Shown here: one piece after another, positions 62,577-64,000 of the stretch
Numbering within the stretch: position 1 is the first letter of the stretch
How the letters are laid out: each line of letters opens with the position of its first letter
Assembly (NCBI RefSeq): GCF_009914755.1
Contig: NC_060931.1
Source: the human T2T-CHM13v2.0 reference genome, Homo sapiens
DNA: 64,000 nucleotides
Strand: one strand, 5' to 3'
The notes under the pieces: generated by a model
Seen by the model: only the letters and a program-made list of their open reading frames with translations
Databases searched by the model: none
Told to the model about the DNA's origin: nothing
Translations under genes and position numbers: made by a program

Positions 62577-62908
62577 CAGGCATAACTTGGAGATTTTGTG
62601 GGTTCAGTTTCGGACCATCCCAGTGAAGTGAATGGTGCAATGAAGTGAGCCACACACACTTTTTGGTTTCCTGGTGCACATGAAGGCTATGTTTGCACTG
62701 TATTATGGTTTAAGTGTATAATAGCATTATGTCTAAAAAACCAGTGTACATACCTTCATTTAAAAATATGTTATTGCTAAAATATGCTGATACAGAGACA
62801 CGAAGTGAGCGTGTGCTTTTGGGAAAATGGCGCTGACAGACCTGCTTGGTGCCGTTTCCTCAAACCTTCAGTTGGTAACAAACACATTATGGGTGAAGTG
62901 GAATAAAT
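62577..62908 (-). mobile_element. Internally deleted Tigger1 derivative (TcMar DNA transposon)
   Basis: ta|caggcataacttggagat TIR; the reverse complement of the Tigger1 3' end joins at ~62790 to the reverse complement of its 5' end (acagagacacgaagtgagc...aaaatggcgctga...aaaccttca). Confidence 0.8.
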
Positions 62909-63554
62909 GCCGTCTTCTAGTGAGGCGTCCTGACCACCCTGCTCTAGACTGCACCTCGGCGCTTTTTCCCACGTCATTTTGCCCAGCCTTGCTTTATTTT
63001 TTTCTCCATAACATTCATCTCCTAATTTGCTACATACTTTAGTTATTTATACTTAATAGTTCTGTCTCCCTACCCGAAACACATCTCAAGAGGGCGACCA
63101 TTTTGATATGTCAGATTCATTGCTGACCCGTGGTGCTTAGAACACTCCTGGCCCATGCGAGGTGCTCAGTAAATGCTGCTGACCTGGTGAACGAGATGCA
63201 CGGCAGGCTATGGGGCCTGGGGGCTTTGCGCTCTCACAGAGGAGTCAGGGAAGGAGGGGTTGCCAGGCTGGTGAGGTGGTGAGTGAGGGCTTTCCAGGCA
63301 CTAGAGACATCCCTCAGAGATGCTCAGAGTCTGCAAGACCACAGAGATGTGGAGGCCGGAGGGCGGGGGTACAGGTTGGGGTGAGACCTGAGGGGCCTTT
63401 GTCTGCTGTCTGGGGGGTTTGACTTTAGATTTGAAGACCAACTCTATAATCTTACTGAAAGAAGTATTTCAAAAGATAGGCTCAGTAAATATTTGTTAAA
63501 CTGCGAAAGTAAACAAACCTTGAGTTCAGAATCTGATTTTAGGAAGTCATGTTA

Positions 63555-63854
<300 letters not shown>

Positions 63855-64000
63855 CTATAAGCAGTGAAATAAAGCAGTGATGTATGCTATTTCTGTCATT
63901 ACTTTGAAAACAGTATTAGATGAATAGGGCATTTTAAAATGTTTTGTCTGTGCTAGATTCGCTGATGAGAGCTTTCTTTCAGACTGCTGTGTGGGATAAT

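Overview
This is human (primate) genomic DNA lying entirely inside the ACTR3B gene (actin-related protein 3B, Arp3-beta subunit of the Arp2/3 complex) on the + strand. Eight internal coding exons (equivalent to exons 2-9, 907 nt) are recoverable with canonical GT-AG boundaries. They splice into one open frame: ...(G)[27 protein letters not shown]...[12 protein letters not shown]. The first exon and the last exons lie outside the window. The rest is intron with about 44 Alu-family elements, plus L1, L2, MIR, MLT LTR and DNA-transposon fossils. Almost all ORFs in the supplied track are repeat-derived or chance ORFs. I found no convincing undescribed gene system. The most notable non-coding observations are: a candidate TALE-homeodomain enhancer abutting a 169-bp polypurine tract, several perfect hairpins, a CFTR-like (TG)6T8 acceptor, a run of six phase-0 exons with inverted Alus around exon 6, a Y1 RNA retrofragment, a fossil Alu monomer and a Tigger1 deletion derivative. 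Repeat subfamily calls are from recalled consensus sequences and repeat boundaries are approximate.
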